Assembly (NCBI RefSeq): GCF_006345805.1
Contig: NW_021833505.1
Span: 1-28,747 of the forward strand
Direction of reading: 5' to 3'
Length of the DNA: 28,747 nucleotides
DNA from: Octopus sinensis
Taxonomy: Eukaryota
Shown here: one piece after another, positions 20,232 through 28,747 of the stretch
Numbering within the stretch: the first letter of the stretch is position 1
Layout of the letters: each line of letters opens with the position of its first letter
The notes under the pieces: model-generated
What the model was told of the DNA's origin: nothing
Seen by the model: only the letters and a program-made list of their open reading frames with translations
Database searches by the model: none
Translations under genes and position numbers: made by a program

Positions 20232-23200
20232 TATATACATACATATAATGATGGTATATAAACACACCCATATATATATATACACATACATATATATATG
20301 TATATAGACACCCCCATATATACATACATACATATATATATACATACATAATATATAACCAAATACAAGATTGGCCAAGAACGCAAACATCCGGACAACT
20401 AGGCTTATATATATATATCATACGTAGGTATTTATTTATGTGTTTGTGACTTTGTAAACTTTGCTTTTCACCAAATTGCATATCCAGTTTGAACCAGCAA
20501 GAGCTGCATTTACGTTCTGATCTTTGTGGATCTTAAAATGTGTTTTGAGGCCTCCCTTAGATTTTCAGACCTTCTAGCATACACGGCATTGATGTATAGA
20601 CAGAATGGCTGGTGGAGGTTCGTTGTTCAAGGGTCCGCAAATGAGATTTGAGTCCAGCAAGAAATATCAGAGATTTTGCTCAGAAAAATTGCTGAGATTC
20701 ATATTCTCGTTGATAATAACATTTTTATTCGAAATTTCTTTTTACTTTTCATTGGGACTCCTGGTTCTTCAAACTTTCACTGCATTTTTGTTCGCCATTC
20801 ACCTCGGTCTCATGCAAGAGTTTCTATGGCTTTTTGGATCAATTCCCACTGACTCTTGACTTCACCATATTTTGTTATACATTCCTTAATATATATATAT
20901 ATATATAATATATTATATTATACAAAAAACAAAAGATAAATGCTCTTGAGGGATAAATCAAAATGTCCTTTGATGAACCTCTGTATGAGTGCAAATCATG
21001 TATATAATGTACCGTGCACAGAATGCGAGGGTCCTAGTTTTACATTGGGCATACGGTTGATTCATTAAGAAATCGTTATCGTAATCATGTTGCCAGCTTT
21101 AGGCACTTGAGGGAGTATATGAGGGAGCACTTGAGGGAGTATATGAGAAGGCCACTATAAAAAGCAGTGGTCCCAAGACAGTGCCCTGTGGAACACCGCT
21201 CACTATTTGTCTGTTCATAGAGGTGGCTCCATTAACTGCCTGACTCCTATCTTTCAGAAAGTCCTGTAACCATTCTCCAAGTTTTCCAGCTATGCCGAGA
21301 TCACACAGTTGTGGCATATCATACCATGATCCACCTTGTCAAAAGCTTTTGCAAAATCAAGGTAGATTACATCTACATTTGAGTTGTTGAGTAACTGCCT
21401 CATAATGTTGTAAGAGCTGGGTCAGCAGCTCCTACCTGGTTGAAAGTATCTTGGGTATCACTCAGCAAGTTTTTTTTCTTAAAGGAATGCGATTAGTTTC
21501 CTTCTGACTATCTGTTCCTTGACTTTGCTGATGTGTGAAGTCAGAGAGATAGGCCTGTAGTTTTTTGGCATCTGCTCTACTTCCCCCTTTATGTATTGAG
21601 CATATTATTCCCTCCTCAGCTTGCTTGGCAGTTTGCCATTCGTAAGAACTCTCTGGAAGAGAATCTGGAGGGTTTTGCCAGGGCATGCTTACATGCTTTG
21701 AGGAGGATTGCTGAGAAACCATCAGGACCAGCATTTAATTTGTGTCCACTTCATCTATGGCTAATAGTATATCTTCTTTGCTAATGTCAGTGTATTCTAT
21801 TGTACTGCCTTAATGGTTATAGGTGAGTTGGCAAAGAAATTCATTGATTCGTTCACTTGTCTGTGTTCCAATGGGGTGATGAAGCACTTTTGAAGTGGTC
21901 ATCATCAGTACCTCACTGATCCTAGTTGGCCTGTCTGTGAGGGAGCCATCCTTTTGGAAGAGGAGTCCTATATTGCAGCGTTCTGAGGTTGTTTCTTTCA
22001 CGTAATGAAAAAAGGCCTTTGGGTTTGACTTAATGTTTTTTATAAGCCAGGCTTCTTTGTCTGCTTTCTCCCTCCATAGGATTGTTGCAGCAAAGTGCCT
22101 TTTTTTTCGATCTCCATCAGTGGTTTTTTTTTAGGCGGGACGTTTCGCTACTTTTGGGATGAAAGTACTTGTATGCTGTCAACTTAATGTGACAGTTCCA
22201 TGAAGGAAATAATACTACTGCTATTTAGCCCTAGGACAGCAAGCACCGCTTCCTGTCAGCTTTAGAGCATTTCCTGAGTTCTTATGTTTAGAAGGGGAGA
22301 TAAGCACCTCCACTCAGCTAAGAATCATCACTCAGAGACTAGTTTCTGAGTCATTGCTCGTCTTCAATCTGGAATAGCATAGTGCCTATATACATATATA
22401 TATACAACACTATATATATAAACACACACATATATATATATATTATATATATATGGCCGTTTGCCAGACTCGTCTGGCACCTGTGCCGGTGGCACGTAAA
22501 AAGCACCCACTACACTCATGGAGTGGTTGGCGTTAGGAAGGGCATCCAGCCGTAGAAACATTGCCAGATCAAACTGGGCCTGGTGCAGCCTTCTGGCTTC
22601 CCAGACCCCAGTAAAAACCGTCCAACCCATGTTAGCATGGAAAGCGGACGCTAAACGATGATGATGATGATGATGATGATGATGATACATATACATATAT
22701 ATTACATATGCATATATACACACACATATATTGTCAATAATAATTTTACCAAGTAGTGTTCAGTATGTAAAAAGACCATTTTTCGTTATTTTTTTTCCCT
22801 CTATACCTACGTGAATTATTTTTGAGTATACATTGTCTGGGAGACTTTTTTTATTAGAGGAAATAGCTAAAAAAATTTTAGCTATTTCCTCTACTATAAG
22901 AAAGTCTCCCAGACAATGTATACTCAAAAATAATTCACGTAGGTATAGAGGAAAAATAACGAAAAATTGGTCTTTTTACACTACTTGGTAAAAACTACTT
23001 GGTAAAATTTTTAATTAATAATTAAATAATTAATTAATTTTATCCTTTTATTATTGACAATTAATTCTCTCTCCCTGATAATAAACTGCAGATCCCTCTG
23101 TAGCGATTTGTTGCTCTAAACTCACGTGGGTGGACGGGAAGGATGTGTAGCCCCATTCGTACTTTTTGAATTCGTTAGTACTGGCAGTCGAAGATGATTT

Positions 23201-23545
23201 GTCTGGGATTACTCATATCCGACGGATATGTCCGATTTTCAATGCCCTCAAATTCAAACCTAAAGAAATCTTGGCTGATGACGGAAATGTTGATCTCTAT
23301 ATCCAACTAATCCAGAAACGCGCGTTCTCAAGTAATCGATGTACGTGTGACCTTTCGTTATTTTTCCCCTCTACACCTACATGAATTATTTTGAGTATAC
23401 ATTGTCTGGGAGACTTTTTTATAGTAGAGGAAATAGCTAAACTTTTTGGCTGCTATTCTAAAAGTTTGGTGTGTGGTAAAGTAATTTTTTTTACTAAACC
23501 CTAATTATATAACGTAATGTTTTTTATACACACACATATTATATA

Positions 23546-23607
<62 letters not shown>

Positions 23608-23786
23608 TATACATATATATAATATACGTATATAATACAAATAAGAATCATCAACTTACAGATAATACCAATTCATATCATTTATTAACTAATTAAATAG
23701 GAACATCCAAATCCAACAGATAAAACAATAAAAAAATATACATCAATAAGTAAGATAATACCATAAAATTATTACATATAAAATGG

Positions 23787-23909
23787 ATCTTACAGCTGTT
23801 TCAGCCTGTAGATAAAGGTATCTTATGTGCCTATATTATTCAGTTAAAAATGAGTTAAATATGCAGTTAATAATGAGTTATATATATATCTCAGGGCCTC
23901 GTCAGAGAT
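23787..23909 (-). ncRNA. Type I hammerhead ribozyme motif, CAGCUG family, canonical core, 96 nt helix II (mirror of 8487-8610)
   Basis: The minus strand reads aucu CUGACGA ggcc cugagaua...uaucuacag gcu GAAA cagcug U A | agau, with predicted cleavage at 23791|23790. Confidence 0.8.
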
Positions 23910-24039
23910 TATAAAGTACAATTATGAAAATATAAAATGCAAATAAAATATGAAACAAAATACACATACACAAGAATATATACAAGAATATATATATTAT
24001 TATATATATATATATATGATATATTATATATATCTATAT

Positions 24040-24090
<51 letters not shown>

Positions 24091-24852
24091 AAGTGTATAT
24101 ACATATATATAAGGATATATATAATAATATACATACACATAAGGTTACAGATAATCAAATATATATACTGGAGTATACATATATATCCACATCAAAGGGT
24201 ACACATAAAAAGTCCAAAGGTCATTGTATTACATTACCAAAAAAATTAATATTATTATTATTATTAATAATACCAATAATGGAATATGTGCATTCTGCTA
24301 TTCACAATACATAGTAGATGGAAAATACCACATAAAATATAGTATAATATAATACAGTGTAACACAATATAATATAATATATAGACAGATGCATATGGAC
24401 TAATATAGGCACAATGAGATACTTTTATCTACAGGCTGAAACAGCTGTAAGATTCATTTTATATGTAATATTTTTATGGTATTATTTTACTTATTGATGT
24501 ATATTGTTTTATTCTGTTGGATTTGGATGTTCCTATTTAATTAATTAATAAATTATATGAATTGGTAATATCTGTAAGTCGATGATTGAAAGGAATCTGT
24601 TCCTCCATTTTATTATTTGTATTATGAATTTGAGGTAAAATATTTTACCTTCGCCATCTAATACAATAAATGAACTAATTGCATTGCAACTGTAAGCATT
24701 TATATATTAGCCTTTTGGGTACTTTACTGGCAGTATATTGGAGAACTGATATCCCATAGTGGGTTACACTCATAACCCCTATCTCACTTTGAATATATAT
24801 ATAAATATATATACATATATATATATATATACATACATATATATATTCATAC

Positions 24853-24915
<63 letters not shown>

Positions 24916-24931
24916 CATACATATATATATA

Positions 24932-27821
24932 TCCTTAAATCCTTAAAAATGTTTTAGCCCGAAGGCCGCGGCCATGCTGGGGCACCACCGCTGAATGAGC
25001 TACACTAATATGTGAATCCACCTCTGATACGTGGCACTTGATCAACAAGGGAGTTCGATGCTGCTGCCCGCATCTGCGTCTCCTGTCGTGAGGTAGGTTC
25101 ATCTGGGACTCCCGACAAGAAGAGATCCAGTTTATTTTTAAAGAAACCCACATCCACACCATGTAAGTCTCTTAGGCATTTAGGGAGGATGTTAAAGAGC
25201 TGTGGTCCTCTGAAACCCAAGCTGTTTCAGTATCTGGTCCTGTATTTTGATGGTGATGCTGGAATCTTTGGCACAATGCAGTGGCGCCCCGTTCTGCAGT
25301 TGGGGTAACTTTGAATGCCAAAATTTGGGACAAGACCCTCCAGGATTTTCCAGATGTATATCACTGCATATCTCTCCCGCCTCCGCTCTAGGGAGAAGAG
25401 GTTTAATACCTTCAGTCTTTCCCAGTAGCTGATATTTTGCATTGAGACGATTTTCTTTGTGTAGCTTCTCTGAATTGCTTCGAGTTCTGCTGTTAGTTTT
25501 ATATTGTGTGGTGACCATAGTTGGGAGCAGTAGTCCAAGCGGCTGAGGACGAATGTTTTCCAGAGGACCATCAGTGTCTCCTTCTCTCTTGTTCTGAAAG
25601 TTTGGAGAATCCATCCAGCTAGCCGTGTGCATTTTATCACCAGATTAGTAATATGCACTTGCTCATGTCAGTGCCTAGGTCACGCACTGATTTTGACTCA
25701 GGGATTGCAATTCTTCCTGGGCCAGTGTATCCAGTCTGCACGTCGTTTACCTTTGTGTGCCGGTAGTGCAGGCCTGGAACTTACCTGCATTAAACTGCAT
25801 CTTGTTGTCCTCCGCCACACTGTATATTTATCCAACCTGTTGCAGATGCACAATATTTCAGGGTTTTGTATTGTGTGGGAGACTTTTGTGTCATCTGCAT
25901 AGCTAGCAAGGGTGGTCATCGTAGCAACTGAAGGCATGTCTGAAAGGGCTACTATGAACATCAGTGGCCCCAAGACAGTGCCCTGTGGAACACCGCTTGT
26001 TATTTGTGTTTCCTTGGAGGTGGCTCCATTGCTCACAACTGCCTGTCTTCTGTCTTTTAGGAAGTTGTGCAGCCACTCTCCAAGTTTCCCGCCTATGCCG
26101 AGACCATGCAGCTTGTGACAGATCATACCATGGTCGACTTCATCAAAGGCTTTTGCAAAGTCGACATATATTACATCCACATTTGAGCCATTTAGTAGCT
26201 GTTTCAACACCCAGTCATAGTGTTGCAGGAGCTGTGTTAGGCAGCCTCTACCTGGTCGAAATCCATACTGGGAGTCAGACATGAAGTCATTTCCTTCAAG
26301 GAACATGATTAGTTTCTTGCGGACTATTCGTTCCATGACTTTGCTGATGTGTGAGGTCAGAGAGATAAGGCCTATAATTTTTAGCATTTGCTCTGCTACC
26401 TCCCTTATGGATAGGGCATATTACCCCCTCTTTCAATTTGACTGGGAGCTTACCGCTTGCAAGAAAGCTCTGAAAAAGAAGCGTGTAGCGGTTTTGCAAG
26501 GGCTCGTTTGCACGATTTGAGAAGGATCGCTTGGAAACCCATCAGGTCCAGCAGCTGAGTTTGTGTCAATTCATCTATGGCTAGTGTGATATCATCATCT
26601 TCGATGTTGATGTACTCAATGTTTGCTCTTTGGCCGCAGGTAAAGTGGCAAAGAATTCTTCTGGGTTGTTTACTTGCCTGTGTCCTAGAGGTGTAGTGAA
26701 CACACTTTGGAATTGTTCGTTCAGTATTTCACTTATCCTCGTGGGATTTCCTGTGAGAGAGCCATCTTTTTGGAAAAGAGGTCCTATTCTCTGGTGCACT
26801 GTGGCTGTCTCTTTGGCAAACTTAACGAAAGCTTTAGGGTTTGATTTTATATTTTCTATTACCCAAACTTCTTTATCTGCTCTCTCCTTTTCATGGGATT
26901 GATGCAGACTTTTCTCAATTTCCATTAGCATTCTCTCGAGCCGAGACTTCTCCCCACTTTTTTGTGCTTGCTCAGGCGGTTTGCAATCCTTGTCCGTCGT
27001 CTCATAAGAATCCTCCTTTCTCTAGGGATCCTGTTTTTGTTTTTGTGTGTGCTGGCCCTGTACACTGGGACATATTTGTCACATATGGCTTGTATTATGG
27101 ACATGAAGTGTTTGTGTTTCATGTTAATGTCTGGTATGGAGAGACATTTAGGCCAATCCTGTTTGAGGATCTCTTTCTCAATCAACTTCCAGTTTGCTTT
27201 ATGAAAGTTTAAGTTGGAGAGATGGTGGATGCTTCGTATAGGTTGTATGTCTACGGGGGCTTTTGGTCCATACATAGACAGCTCTATCATGTTGTGATCT
27301 GAGATCATCGTCGGCATCACTTTAACATTATGGATAATATTCATATTGTTTGTGAAGCAGAAATCCAGTATATTATCTGCCCTTGTTGGTTACAGAACTC
27401 CATAAAAGAGGCATTTGTGAGATGGAGCAGGGACTCTGCCTGCTGATGGTGTGTCATCCCTGAGAGCATCTGCCCCCAGGCCATTCCACATTGGGGAAGT
27501 TAAAGCAACCCATGAAGAATACACTGTTGTGCTGTTCAAGGTTGGTGAGGACTTCTCCTATTTTTGTTAGGCAGTCTTCAAACATGCTTGGATGATTTGG
27601 GGCATCTGGTGGGCGATATGTAGTGCATATGACGATATTCAGTTGTCTTATGTGTACAATTTGAGTGTCACACACTGAGTTTGAATATGACAACAGGACC
27701 TGGGGCGTGAGGTCATCTCGGATGTACGTTGCAACTCCACCATGGCTCCTCCCTTTTCTATCTGAGCGTATGACTGCATATTGCGGAATGTGTATTTCTG
27801 CATCCCCTATATCAGGTCCAA
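24932..27821 (-). mobile_element. CR1-group LINE, mirror of 4582-7468
   Basis: The best RT segment is ORF 25698-26387 (ISLTSHISKVMERIVRKKL...DFAKAFD...GVPQGTVLGP...YADDTK). The endonuclease is in ORFs 27454-27846 and 26925-27344, and the C-terminus in 25227-25658 and 25005-25220. Confidence 0.92.
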
Positions 27822-27849
27822 TATATATATACATACATACATACATATA

Positions 27850-27947
<98 letters not shown>

Positions 27948-27978
27948 TACATACATATATATATACATACATGTATAT

Positions 27979-28079
<101 letters not shown>

Positions 28080-28549
28080 ATATATACTCACACACACACA
28101 CACATATATATAATACATATATATACACATATATATATACATATACATATATATATACACACTTATATATATACACACTTATATATATAAATATACAAAA
28201 TAAGAAAATGGAGGAATACACTTCCTCCATCATCAACTACCATACAATACCCATTCACATAATTTATTAACCAACTACATAGGAACATCCATATCAAACA
28301 CAATAATACAGGACGAAACAGTACACATCAATGAGTAATATGATACCATAAGTACAATACATATCAATAAATATAAATATAAACTAGATCTTACAGCTGT
28401 TTCAGCCATATTATTATTATTATGTATATACTTATATATATGTAGGTGCATGTGTATATGCACTTATATGTATGTGTATATTATGTATATGTACTTATTC
28501 TTGTATATGTGTACCTTCTCTAATATTCATATTTGAATTGTACTTTATA

Positions 28550-28676
28550 ATCTCTGAAGAGGCCTTGGGATATATATGTAAGTATCTCATTTATAACCAC
28601 ATATTACCTTAACACACCTGGCTAATATGAGCATAATGAGATACTCTTATCCACATGGCTGAAACAGCTGTAAGAT
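28550..28676 (+). ncRNA. Type I hammerhead ribozyme motif, CAGCUG family, canonical core, 100 nt helix II
   Basis: aucu CUGAAGA ggcc [28561-28660, with guaag/cuuau, uaucucauu/aaugagaua, cauauua/uaauaug] ggcu GAAA cagcug U A | agau, with predicted cleavage at 28672|28673. Confidence 0.82.
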
Positions 28677-28747
28677 CTAGTTTATATCAATATTTATTTA
28701 TACGTATTGTACTTATGGTATCATATTACTCATTGATGTGTACTTTT

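Noticed and set aside
23275-23292. ctgatgacggaaatgtt resembling CUGAUGA...GAAA
   Set aside because: There is no helix II and no helix I partner, and such a match is expected by chance.

Overview
AT-rich eukaryotic, repeat-dense DNA with no supportable host gene. The SINE and microsatellite content resembles octopus genomes as I recall them; this is recollection, not a search result. (1) About 87% of the window is one giant inverted duplication. The right arm is 17227-28747 and runs off the window end. The left arm is ~3677-16723 and carries an extra 1.55 kb tandem insertion at 14991-16537. The spacer is ~500 bp. Many arm differences are homopolymer indels, so a long-read or assembly artefact is a live alternative. 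(2) The arms hold decayed retroelements: a ~2.9 kb CR1-group LINE (APE endonuclease, RT with YADD, intact 3' tail), an older CR1 fragment, an RTE 3' end with a C2H2 finger, and several tRNA-derived SINEs. An RTE RT fragment lies at 218-904, outside the arms. (3) The main non-obvious signal is a set of complete type I hammerhead ribozyme motifs at four distinct loci (six copies counting mirrors). They have 60-100 nt helix II extensions with compensatory changes and palindromic helix III (ACAGCUGU or ACAAUUGU). Each sits in a non-coding repeat paired with an inverted, truncated partner, which suggests a non-autonomous Penelope-like/retrozyme system. Most ORFs in the supplied track are (TA)n translation artefacts.
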